32,352 nt of DNA. Source: a virus. Where the stretch lies: positions 1 to 32,352 of the IMG/VR virus record IMGVR_UViG_3300045591_000053; one strand, written 5' to 3'. This document shows positions 1 to 8,077 of the stretch, in pieces (position 1 is the first letter of the stretch; each line of letters starts with the position of its first letter). The notes below the pieces were generated by a model that saw nothing but the letters and a program-made list of their open reading frames with translations, had not been told where the DNA came from and ran no database searches. A program made the translations under genes and the position numbers.

Positions 1-1128
1 GTAGCCCTGAACGTCGATGCCGTCAAAGACGTTGCCCTTCAGCAGGTCGGGATAGCCGACAAGAAGCGTGCCGTCTGCCATCGAATCATCCTGCTTCACA
101 AGCTTGCCAAAAATGCGTCCCTGCACTGCCGGGTCGTCGGTCTTCTCGTCCACGAAATAGGAACGGTTGTTGCCGTCCTCAATCATGGCAAGGTAGTTCC
201 AGATCATATCTGAATTGCCATAGAAGATAGCGCCCTTTGCGGCGGGGTTGCCAAAGGTCTTCAGCAGGGAAAGCGCCTTGGTAATGTCAGCCTTGGAAAG
301 CTTCTTAACGCCCGCGCTGGTAATCTTGTTCGCCGTGGCAATGCCAAGCGTAGCGTCTGCAAGCCGATCATGGCAGAAGGCGTTAGCCGCAACGGAAAGG
401 CGGGCGGCAACCTCGTTGATGATGTACTGCTCGAAACCGTCCATGGACTGAACAGCCATCTTGCGGGACATTTTGACGGTCTTCTTGATCTCCTCGCCCA
501 CAAGGGAAATGGTGTCAAAGCTGTTCTGCTCGTCGGCGGGTGCCGCGCCCTCGTCGGTCTTTCCGGCGTCGCCGGCGGCAATAGCCTTATGGCGCACAAT
601 CTCAAACTGGTTCTTCAGGTTCGAGCGGGAAGCGTCGCCGAACAGAACCGCCGTGTTGTCAATCAGGCTGATAATCTCGTCCTGAATCTCCTTGGGCACA
701 ACGCTGTCGGTGTTGCCGGTCGTATGGGTGAATGCCGCACGCTCAACGGTGTTCAGCTCGTTGCCGTCGGCAAGCTGAATGCCGCCGCGCGTCGCAACGT
801 CCTTCACCCAAGCGCGGCGGTAAGCCGCCTTGTAATCGGTCTTGTCGTAGACCACGCCGCCCGTGGCGCTCGCGCTGCGTGCAAGCGGGACGTTGGAGAC
901 AACAGCAGCCTTGCCGCTCTCAATGGCAGAACGGGCGTTCGTCAGCGCGGTAGCGCGGGCGGTGCGGGCGTTCTCCTTCTCGGTGGTGATGCGCTCAATC
1001 TCCTGCGTGAGCGTAGCCATGCGCTCTTCGTCCTGCTGCGCCTCGTCATCCGTGGTGCCCTCGGGCGTGCCGTCGGCGTACTTGTCAATGAGTGCCTGAA
1101 GCTCGGTAAGCAGATCGTCCAGATTCAT
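1..1128 (-). CDS. Major capsid protein, HK97-like. These are the N-terminal 376 codons; the ORF runs off the left edge and continues at 32225 down to 32118 across the circular junction (411 aa in total).
   Basis: My own translation from ATG at 1128: MNLDDLLTELQALIDKYADGTPEG...ERMATLTQEIERITTEKENARTA (coiled-coil delta-like N-terminus), reading without stops to base 1. It is in frame with the 32118..32351 ORF. It sits directly downstream of the prohead protease. The ORF track omits it because it is open-ended. Confidence 0.85.
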   Translation of the reverse strand, partial: MNLDDLLTELQALIDKYADGTPEGTTDDEAQQDEERMATLTQEIERITTEKENARTARATALTNARSAIESGKAAVVSNVPLARSASATGGVVYDKTDYKAAYRRAWVKDVATRGGIQLADGNELNTVERAAFTHTTGNTDSVVPKEIQDEIISLIDNTAVLFGDASRSNLKNQFEIVRHKAIAAGDAGKTDEGAAPADEQNSFDTISLVGEEIKKTVKMSRKMAVQSMDGFEQYIINEVAARLSVAANAFCHDRLADATLGIATANKITSAGVKKLSKADITKALSLLKTFGNPAAKGAIFYGNSDMIWNYLAMIEDGNNRSYFVDEKTDDPAVQGRIFGKLVKQDDSMADGTLLVGYPDLLKGNVFDGIDVQGY

Positions 1129-1131
1129 TTT

Positions 1132-1779
1132 CTAACCTCTCTTTGCATTCGCAATTGCCATTACGGCGCACGCCCTCGCGTGCGTCATGCGCCGCCGCGC
1201 AATCTCCTTGCGCGTCCGCTCAATCTCTCCGTTAAGCAGGTTGCGTGCGCTTATCTCGGTGTTGGGGTCAGCCGGAAGGCTCACCGCCGACACGTCGAAA
1301 ACCTTCTTGATGCGCGTGATTGTGTCCGTGCGCGTCTCACGGTCGTACTCGTCAGCAGCCACGGTGAAAGCCCATGACATGCGCGTGATAAGCCCAGCTT
1401 CGATTTCCTCGTAAAGGTCGCGTGCCGCTTGGCTGCGCGAAAGGTCGGCGGCGATGAACAAGCCGTGTTCGTCAGGCTCGACAATCAACGTGCTGTTGCT
1501 CATGCGGGCGTATACGCGCCCCTCATGGTCGAACTGCATAATCACGTCGGACATGTCGGCATCGCGGAAGGCATCGGGGCTGATAACCTCGCTGTATTTG
1601 TTGCCGTCCCAATCCTCGAACAGCACATAAGGGTCGTTGAAGGTCGATGCGTAGCCCTCTACGTAGTAATCGGAATCAAACCGCTTCTTTGGTTCCTCGG
1701 TCGTGACCTCGGCACGCTTGACCGGCGCAAGCGCCGTCGTTAGTGCGCGATACTGCCTTTCATTCGGTTTCGCTGGCAT
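1132..1779 (-). CDS. Prohead (capsid maturation) protease, HK97 family
   Basis: 215 aa. Lies between portal and capsid. Sequence YVEGYASTFNDPY...ISPDAFRD...MQFDHEG...IAADLSRSQAARDLYEEIEAGLITRMSWAF is typical of the HK97 prohead protease family (recalled from memory). Confidence 0.85.
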   Translation of the reverse strand: MPAKPNERQYRALTTALAPVKRAEVTTEEPKKRFDSDYYVEGYASTFNDPYVLFEDWDGNKYSEVISPDAFRDADMSDVIMQFDHEGRVYARMSNSTLIVEPDEHGLFIAADLSRSQAARDLYEEIEAGLITRMSWAFTVAADEYDRETRTDTITRIKKVFDVSAVSLPADPNTEISARNLLNGEIERTRKEIARRRMTHARACAVMAIANAKRG

Positions 1780-3049
1780 CGTCTGCCCCCTCGTTCGTGT
1801 TGCTTGCCGTGTTTCCTAGCTGGTCTGAAATGGCAATGTTGGCGTTCGTCTCGGCTGCTTCCGCCGCCGCTTCCGCCGTGTGCTCGCTGATCAAGTCAAG
1901 GTCGATGTACTCGCCGCGTATCACGTGGCGTTCGCCGCCGTCATAGTGCGGCGATTGGAATATGTCGGCTACTTGGTTGCCGCTGAAAACTCCACGGTCG
2001 AACATCGCCGTAGCAACGTTCAGCTTGGTTGCGTTGCTTGCGAACTCCAACCGGTTTGCCGAAAACATGATTTCGTTTCCGTGGGCAATCTCGGTCTTGG
2101 TGAAGGTCATCGTCGTTAGCACGAACCCAAGCTGTACGGCGAACGTCTCAATGTTGCCCTCATAGAAGGCGTTGTAAGTCTCTTCGTCGGCACGGTTTAG
2201 CACCACGTCTTCAGACATGCCGAAGAAGCGGTATGCCGCCTTCTCTATGCGCTCCATCTGTTCGGCGTCAACGGTGTAGCTCGACGGCGTAATCTGCTGC
2301 ACGTCATCGAACAACCGGTCGTACACGGCGATGCCGCCCGAATTCTCAGGGGAAAGCTGCCGGTTGAAGTCGTTCTTTGCCTTCTCCTTGTCTTCGTCGT
2401 TGCGGTTCTGCGAAAGCTTGCCGATGAAGCGGATGAAGGCACCTTGCTTGATTGCGTTCTGCTCGCCCTCGTTCTGCGCGTGGAGCAGTTCAAGCGTCGG
2501 ATTTAGAACGTTAGTGCCATCTCCGAACAGGTCGGAACGGTATTGGTGCCGCGTCATCACGCCGCACCTTGACCACTCGACATAGACGGTCTGACCGGTA
2601 GGGAAGTCAAGTCCTAGCCAAAGTTCGCCGTCCACGTCATACGCCGTGCAGCTGTTCGGCAACACGGGGTAATAGCCAACCTGCGTAACGTTGTCTTCCG
2701 CAAAAATCGGGATGATCAGCGCCGTATCGTTGACTTGCAGCATCGTATAGATGCGCTTGATGAATTGCGGTGTTGTCATCCATGGGTTGGGCTGGTACCT
2801 CAAAGACGCCGTGGCTTGGCTTTGCGCCACGCCTTGGATTTCCGGCTTCAGCTTTGAAGCGTGGTTCGCGCCGCTCTCGATGATTGAACGCGTAAGCTCT
2901 GCTTCGTAGATTCCGCCCGTCCACGTCGTGAAGCTCGGCTGGTAGGCGGTGAACGTCGAAAAGTAGCCGTTAACCGCCTTGACCTGTGGGCGGTGAAACA
3001 CTGCGTCGAACATCGAACGCAAGCGCCGACGCCTTTTCACTCTTGCCAC
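1760..3049 (-). CDS. Portal protein (HK97-type)
   Basis: 429 aa. Immediately downstream of TerL and overlaps the protease start. Size and position are canonical. Confidence 0.85.
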   Translation of the reverse strand: MARVKRRRRLRSMFDAVFHRPQVKAVNGYFSTFTAYQPSFTTWTGGIYEAELTRSIIESGANHASKLKPEIQGVAQSQATASLRYQPNPWMTTPQFIKRIYTMLQVNDTALIIPIFAEDNVTQVGYYPVLPNSCTAYDVDGELWLGLDFPTGQTVYVEWSRCGVMTRHQYRSDLFGDGTNVLNPTLELLHAQNEGEQNAIKQGAFIRFIGKLSQNRNDEDKEKAKNDFNRQLSPENSGGIAVYDRLFDDVQQITPSSYTVDAEQMERIEKAAYRFFGMSEDVVLNRADEETYNAFYEGNIETFAVQLGFVLTTMTFTKTEIAHGNEIMFSANRLEFASNATKLNVATAMFDRGVFSGNQVADIFQSPHYDGGERHVIRGEYIDLDLISEHTAEAAAEAAETNANIAISDQLGNTASNTNEGADDASETE

Positions 3050-3051
3050 GT

Positions 3052-4770
3052 CTAACCCCCTATCATTGATTGGTATTCGTCCGCCATGTCCTTTAGGACA
3101 ACGAACGCATCACACTCAGCCGCCCAAGCGTCAATTCGGTTGCGCGGGTCTTGGTTCTTCTTGTCAGGCGCAATGTTGCCGTTGGCGTCACTACGTACAG
3201 CCACGTTCGAGCGGCACCATTCCGCAATAGGGTTCGCGTTATCGACAATCTTGTTTTCGCGGTAAAGCGCTCTAAGTTCCTTCATGGGCATTGATAGGGT
3301 CTGTGCGCCCTGAACAACGCGCCTGAAGTAGTCGGCACCGAAATAGCCTTCGTATGCTTCGACGGTCGGAACGTCTCGCATGTGCCACGGGTCATAGCCG
3401 CACGCGGCGGCATATATGCCGTACTTGTCCTGAATCTCTTGAACCCATTCGAGGACAACGCGCTTGTCGATGATTGGCGTTGCGCACGTGCGTAGGTAGC
3501 CGTTCGCAATCCAAGCATCGTAGGGCACGCCGTCACGCCCGCCGCGCCGTCCCTCGCGCTCGGCTTGCTCCAACGCGCGTTCCGGTATCCATGCCATGTG
3601 CATTGCATAGATGTTTTCGTCGTTCGGGCGCTTCATCAACATGCACGCCGCCGTTAGGTCGGTCGTGTCGGATGCGTCCACGCCAAGGATTCCGTACTTG
3701 AAGCCGTCCGCCGGGTCGAACGTGGCCGCGTTGTGAATCTCAGACCACGTTAGCCAAGCTTGGCTTTGGTTCTCAATCAAGTTGAAGTCTTTCACAAGCA
3801 GCGTCGGCAAGAAGGTAGGATCGTTCTTTGCCTTTGCAACGTTCTTCTTCAGCGCCGCTAGAGACTTGATTTTCCCTAAGCCGGGGTTGGCTTTGTACCA
3901 AGCCGCTTCATTTTCCCATTCCTCCCGTTCGTCCAGCTCGTACACAAACGCAATGAAGTGCTCTGCATCGACGCCGGTTGCCTTGCCGTCCAGCCAATTT
4001 GCCGCGTATTTGTATTGCGCGTCAAAGATGCCCGCACGGACAAAGCCGTTGGTTGTGATCTCCAGAACCAGCGGTTGGCGTCGCGCCGATGTGCCTTGAA
4101 TGGTCAGGTCGTACAAGTCGCGGTTGCGCATCGCGCCCAGCTCGTCAATGATTGCGCCCGACACGTCCAAGCCGTCTAGGTGGTTGGTGTTAGCCGCAAG
4201 GGCGCGAATGACGCCCATGTTCAAATCACAGTACAAATCAGCAACGCACTTCCGCACGTGCTTTGCCAGCGCCGGTGAAGTCTTGACCATTCGCAAGGCG
4301 TTGTTGAATCCCTTTGCCGCTTGGTCATGGGCGGTTGCCACGTTGTAGATTTCCGGTGCGCCCTCGTCATCGTTTACCAGCAAATCAAGCTCGATTGCAG
4401 ACGCAAGCGCCGTCTTGCCGTTCTTCCTTCCCATGATCCACAGCACTTCACGGTATTGCCGCAAGCCCTCGGCATCAACGAACCCGAAAATCACTGAAAG
4501 AATGGCAAGTTGGAATAGCTCTAGGTTGAAGGCGTGCCCAAGCTTGCCGGAAGGAAGCCGGCAAAATCGTTCGATGAAGCCGACGTGCTTCTCTGCGTAT
4601 TCCTCGCGGAAGTGATACGGATAAAGCGGGTCTTTGTTATCCATGTCGCGCAAGACGATTTCGGCAACCTGCTTCATCTTGCGGCAAGCCGTGATTGAGC
4701 CGTCTTTGATACCGCCGAAATAAGACCTTATGGCACGTTCGCAACGCCCAGCCTTGCGCGGCTTAGTCAT
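3052..4770 (-). CDS. terL: Terminase large subunit
   Basis: 572 aa. Walker A-like WIMGRKNGKTAL and Walker B-like GAIIDELG, with a C-terminal nuclease-like region. Overlaps TerS by 8 nt. Confidence 0.9.
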   Translation of the reverse strand: MTKPRKAGRCERAIRSYFGGIKDGSITACRKMKQVAEIVLRDMDNKDPLYPYHFREEYAEKHVGFIERFCRLPSGKLGHAFNLELFQLAILSVIFGFVDAEGLRQYREVLWIMGRKNGKTALASAIELDLLVNDDEGAPEIYNVATAHDQAAKGFNNALRMVKTSPALAKHVRKCVADLYCDLNMGVIRALAANTNHLDGLDVSGAIIDELGAMRNRDLYDLTIQGTSARRQPLVLEITTNGFVRAGIFDAQYKYAANWLDGKATGVDAEHFIAFVYELDEREEWENEAAWYKANPGLGKIKSLAALKKNVAKAKNDPTFLPTLLVKDFNLIENQSQAWLTWSEIHNAATFDPADGFKYGILGVDASDTTDLTAACMLMKRPNDENIYAMHMAWIPERALEQAEREGRRGGRDGVPYDAWIANGYLRTCATPIIDKRVVLEWVQEIQDKYGIYAAACGYDPWHMRDVPTVEAYEGYFGADYFRRVVQGAQTLSMPMKELRALYRENKIVDNANPIAEWCRSNVAVRSDANGNIAPDKKNQDPRNRIDAWAAECDAFVVLKDMADEYQSMIGG

Positions 4771-5188
4771 ACCGCGTTTCTGCTAGGTATTCCGTCAGGG
4801 CATCAGCAGCGCTTGCGCCCGCTGGCATTAGATCGCAAAGCTGCTTTATGCCCCTTTGAAACGTAGTGAATAGCTTGTTATAGGCGACAAAGCCCGGATG
4901 CTCGCGCAATCCCGTTTGCCCTCCGCCGTTGTCGTACTCGCAAACGATGTGCTCATTCATCAGCTCTTTGCGGGCTTCGTCCAGCTTCACTTTCATAAAT
5001 GCCAGATTCGGCAACATGCTAAGCACAACGTTGCGCTTCTCGTCCGGTATGGCGTCTTTCGTTATGCGCTGAAGCTTGCGCAACTCCGAATCGACGCGTG
5101 CTTGCGTGGCGGGCGGCTTGCACTTTTTTGAACTTGTGTCGATTTTTGCCGAAACTTGCGAACTATCGCACACTTTCTTTGATTTCAC
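4763..5188 (-). CDS. terS: Terminase small subunit (P27-like)
   Basis: 141 aa, directly upstream of and overlapping terL, and downstream of an HNH gene. This is the canonical HNH-TerS-TerL arrangement of cos-type phages. Confidence 0.7.
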   Translation of the reverse strand: MKSKKVCDSSQVSAKIDTSSKKCKPPATQARVDSELRKLQRITKDAIPDEKRNVVLSMLPNLAFMKVKLDEARKELMNEHIVCEYDNGGGQTGLREHPGFVAYNKLFTTFQRGIKQLCDLMPAGASAADALTEYLAETRYD

Positions 5189-5285
5189 AAGACCACCCCC
5201 CTTTGAAAATCCGGCACGCGCAAGAATTTACCTCCCGGCGTTGGTGCCCTAGGCATCAAGCGTTGTTTTTGAATCGGGGGGATGC

Positions 5286-5350
5286 TGCGTTGCGTTTACC
5301 TGCGGTTTTGTGTCAGAAATTTTTTGTGTTGCGTTGCGTTGTGTTGCGTT
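5286..5350. repeat. Pentanucleotide G(C/T)GTT repeat cluster in the HNH-TerS intergenic region. Candidate cos/TerS-binding region.
   Basis: tgcgttgcgtt at 5286..5296, and gtgtt gcgtt gcgtt gtgtt gcgtt at 5326..5350, inside a 165-bp non-coding gap just upstream of terS. Confidence 0.4.
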
Positions 5351-5353
5351 GTC

Positions 5354-5671
5354 TCACTCACTCAGGCAGATTAAATTGCCGTCGCTGTCAAACGCAAGCC
5401 CTTGCCTTGTGGCTCCGTCTCGCGCCCAGCCGTGCGTTATCTTGTGGCACCGGTCGCAAAGGCTTATCAGGTTATCAAGCCCGCACGTAATGTTTGAGTC
5501 GTTGATGTTGTCCGGCGTCAGCTCTTGGATATGGTGAACCATGGTCGCCAGCGTTATATCTCCGTTGGCTAAGCAGCGTTGGCAAAGGTGGTTGTCTCTG
5601 ATCAACGCAGATTCGCGGGCTTTGGCCCACGCGCTCGAATGGTAGAACGCATAGCTGAAAGGCTTAGCCAT
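5354..5671 (-). CDS. HNH endonuclease (packaging-associated)
   Basis: HLCQRC...VHHI...N...LCDRCHKITHG shows the HNH/zinc-finger pattern. Start chosen at MAKPFSY (5671); the track ORF extends to 5680. Confidence 0.85.
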   Translation of the reverse strand: MAKPFSYAFYHSSAWAKARESALIRDNHLCQRCLANGDITLATMVHHIQELTPDNINDSNITCGLDNLISLCDRCHKITHGWARDGATRQGLAFDSDGNLICLSE

Positions 5672-5685
5672 GATGCACACCGCCT

Positions 5686-5719
5686 AAAGAAAAAGGCACA
5701 CGGTTTCAAGCCGTGTGCC
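5686..5719 (-). terminator. Intrinsic terminator between the late regulator gene and the HNH/packaging operon
   Basis: 9-bp stem GGCACACGG/CCGTGTGCC (5695..5703 and 5711..5719) with a 7-nt loop. On the minus strand it is followed by TTTTTCTTT. Confidence 0.7.
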
Positions 5720-5746
5720 CTCTTGTGACCTATGCCACCGTAGCGA

Positions 5747-5755
5747 ACTTTAGCA
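5747..5755 (-). promoter_or_regulatory. Candidate extended -10 promoter element (TGCTAAAGT) upstream of the 5686..5719 terminator
   Basis: The minus strand reads tgtgcTAAAGT in the 67-bp gap after the regulator gene. No convincing -35. Confidence 0.25.
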
Positions 5756-5786
5756 CAGAAGCGGAACTGAAGGGAAGTACCAATTT

Positions 5787-6236
5787 TCATGCGGTGCGCA
5801 CTTTGGCGAATCCTTCCTTGTCGATGTAGCGGAATGCCGCGCCCGCCAACTCATGGCACCATTTGGGCGAACAGCTCATTACGTCGGCAACTTCCTTCCA
5901 TGGCATCGCCTGAAGATATGCCATGCAAAGCACGTCGGCATATCGGTTGCCCTTCAGCTTGGCTAACCCGCCGTGGTTGTCCTCGCCGTACAGTAGCGCG
6001 GTCGCTTCGTCCAGAACCTTTGTGGCATCCTCGACGCGCATTGCCAATCTCTCTTGCAACTCAATGCGGCGGTTGATTGCGTCCATAGCGTCGCCCGCAC
6101 AACCGCCGCCGTAGTGCGGTTCATAGCTGATGCCCTTCATGCCTTCCCTTGCCTTCAGCGCTGCAAGCATTTCTTCCGTGCGTGCTATCTCGTTTACCGT
6201 GTCGCGTATCTGCTCGAAATAATCTTGCGCCAACAT
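5787..6236 (-). CDS. Putative late-gene transcriptional regulator with a sigma-70 region-4-like HTH (DUF1492/RinA/ArpU-like by position and pattern)
   Basis: 149 aa. The C-terminal YADVLCMAYLQAMPWKEVADVMSCSPKWCHELAGAAFRYID resembles a region-4 HTH. It is the last gene before the packaging operon. Confidence 0.45.
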   Translation of the reverse strand: MLAQDYFEQIRDTVNEIARTEEMLAALKAREGMKGISYEPHYGGGCAGDAMDAINRRIELQERLAMRVEDATKVLDEATALLYGEDNHGGLAKLKGNRYADVLCMAYLQAMPWKEVADVMSCSPKWCHELAGAAFRYIDKEGFAKVRTA

Positions 6237-6241
6237 AGCCG

Positions 6242-6679
6242 CTACCTAACGCCGGTGCTGCCAAAGCCGCCCGCGCCGCGCTCCGTCTCTTCCAGCTCGT
6301 CCACCTGAACAACGGTGCAAGGCACATACGGCATAACGACAAGCTGGCAAACGCGCGTACCCGCTTCGAGCGTGACGGCTTTGTATCCCTCGTTAATGAG
6401 CGGTACGCCGATCTCTCCACGGTATCCGCTATCAATGACACCGACGCCGTTTGCAAGCGCGATTCCCTGCTTACTCGCAAGCCCGCTTCGAGGGAACAGC
6501 AGCCCAACGCATCCCTCCGGTATCTCAACCGCGATGCCGCAACCAACCGTCTTGCGTTCGAGCGATTCGAGTGTGACGGCTTCCGTGATTCGCAAGTCTA
6601 GCCCCGCGTCGCCCTTGTGCGCGTATGCCGGCGCTTCCATGCCCTCGTTCATGCGCACGTTCAATCTTCTTCCCTGCAT
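6242..6679 (-). CDS. dut: dUTP diphosphatase (trimeric dUTPase)
   Basis: Motifs AGLDLR, PRSGLA, GVIDSGYRGEI and C-terminal RGAGGFGSTG. Confidence 0.9.
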   Translation of the reverse strand: MQGRRLNVRMNEGMEAPAYAHKGDAGLDLRITEAVTLESLERKTVGCGIAVEIPEGCVGLLFPRSGLASKQGIALANGVGVIDSGYRGEIGVPLINEGYKAVTLEAGTRVCQLVVMPYVPCTVVQVDELEETERGAGGFGSTGVR

Positions 6680-6843
6680 TCCTCTTCCTCCAAATCGAAT
6701 AGCGTTGGTTGGTCATCGTCGTGCCTTAGCTTTTCCCAAACGCAATAGCCAACTTCAAGGCAGTTCGTCCAAAGCTTCCATGGCTTGCAGAAGCATTTCT
6801 TGCCGCCGACAACCTCGCCCCTGTTTTCGCAATCCTCAATCAT
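6661..6843 (-). CDS. Hypothetical small Cys-rich acidic protein
   Basis: 60-aa ORF, translationally coupled on both sides (overlaps neighbouring genes). Five Cys. Confidence 0.45.
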   Translation of the reverse strand: MIEDCENRGEVVGGKKCFCKPWKLWTNCLEVGYCVWEKLRHDDDQPTLFDLEEEECREED

Positions 6844-7225
6844 CGACGCGCCCCTTCACCAGCTTTCGCGCCTTTCGCCATGTGCGCATAAGCTCTAGAA
6901 GACCCATTCGACCGATTGCAGGATTTGCGCTTGTGAGCACATCGCCGTCAATGGAAGCGGCAACAACGTGCGCCCTCAACGCGTCATCCAAAACGCCTTG
7001 CGCTTCGTCAACAAGCACGCGTTGATTTGGGATAGGTCTTGCCGCTAGACGCACATATGAAATGGGCTTTGGAATCGGCTTGCCCATCTTGCGTGCCTGA
7101 AGCTCGATTGCCCTTGCCGCCCTCTCGTTACGCACAACGATCGTTAAGCCCGTGTCATGCGAAAGGTTGATTAGGTGCCACGTCTTGCCCGTACATCTTC
7201 CGCTAACGAAACACTCCATTGCCAA
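6836..7225 (-). CDS. Hypothetical small P-loop-like protein
   Basis: 129 aa. Walker A-like SGRCTGKT and Walker B-like RVLVDEA. Too short for a full helicase or ATPase. Confidence 0.4.
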   Translation of the reverse strand: MAMECFVSGRCTGKTWHLINLSHDTGLTIVVRNERAARAIELQARKMGKPIPKPISYVRLAARPIPNQRVLVDEAQGVLDDALRAHVVAASIDGDVLTSANPAIGRMGLLELMRTWRKARKLVKGRVDD

Positions 7226-7230
7226 CCCCC

Positions 7231-7680
7231 TTAGAACGGAATGTCTGCGTCGGCAACGTCGGCGCTTGGCTGTGCCGGTGCCGGTTCGCTCTGCTGCGAT
7301 TCGCGGCGCGTGTTCATCAGCTCTACTTCGTCCACGATCACTTCAATGCGGCTGTAGGTCTTGCCGTCGTGCTCGTATTTGTTTTGGCTAAGGCGTCCGG
7401 TCAATGAAAGCTTCGAGCCACGGCGCAAGTAAGGCTGTATGCCCTCGGCACGCTTGCCGAACATCACGCAATCAATCCAATTCGCCTTGTCCTTATAGGT
7501 GCCGTCAGACTGTCGGCGGCGCTCATTGACGGCAACGGAAAAGGTGAGAACTGACGTGCCGCCCGTGGTTACGCGCAATTTAAGCTGGTTGCGGATTTCG
7601 GCGCGTGCCCTGCGTAGCTCCATGCTCTTATCGAGGTTGGCAAGCCTTTGTTCCTTGGTCAGTTCGGGTAGCATGTTCAA
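7231..7680 (-). CDS. ssb: Single-stranded DNA-binding protein
   Basis: OB-fold core ...TSVLTFSVAVNERRRQSDGTYKDKANWIDCVMFGKRAE...LSLTGRLSQNKYE, and an acidic C-terminal tip DADIPF. The roughly 33-aa helical N-terminal extension is atypical. Confidence 0.85.
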   Translation of the reverse strand: MNMLPELTKEQRLANLDKSMELRRARAEIRNQLKLRVTTGGTSVLTFSVAVNERRRQSDGTYKDKANWIDCVMFGKRAEGIQPYLRRGSKLSLTGRLSQNKYEHDGKTYSRIEVIVDEVELMNTRRESQQSEPAPAQPSADVADADIPF

Positions 7681-7688
7681 TCCCTTCT

Positions 7689-7958
7689 CTATTGTTTCGT
7701 GATTCGATACGTGCCCTTCACCTTCAACGCCTTTAGGTGGTTGAGTGCATAGGCCGCGTCTTCTGTGCCGATGATGGTTAGCGTCTGTGCGGGAATGGCA
7801 ATCTCATAGACCGTTTGCGCTTCCTGCTTTTCGTTCGCCCACTTCTTCTTCAACGCTTCGTGCGTCCTATCCATGAGCGCTTGCATTTCCTTTGATAGGT
7901 GGGTTTCGCTCGGTCTGATTTCGCCCTCGGTCTGATCCATTTCACCGCCCTTTTTCAC
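7689..7958 (-). CDS. Hypothetical protein
   Basis: 89-aa ORF co-oriented in the operon. An alternative start MDQTEG at 7940 has an upstream AAGGGCGGTG. Confidence 0.5.
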   Translation of the reverse strand: MKKGGEMDQTEGEIRPSETHLSKEMQALMDRTHEALKKKWANEKQEAQTVYEIAIPAQTLTIIGTEDAAYALNHLKALKVKGTYRITKQ

Positions 7959-8077
7959 GTCTTCCTGATAATTACTTCTTATCTGCCACTAGCCCTTTCA
8001 TGGCGGCGCGTTTTCCGTGTCGCACCTGCGCGTTAACGGTGGCTCCCTGCCATGCGCCGAAAAGCGCCATCCCGACT

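Noticed and set aside
370-1377. Long plus-strand ORF (335 aa) across the capsid/protease region, with similar plus-strand ORFs at 6315..7025, 10636..11100, 11517..12062, 25728..26273, 27315..27882 and 30785..31438.
   Set aside because: They lie antisense to well-supported minus-strand genes. They are rich in Arg/Ala/Gly/Val, as expected for shadow frames in high-GC DNA, and have no recognisable motifs or ribosome-binding sites.
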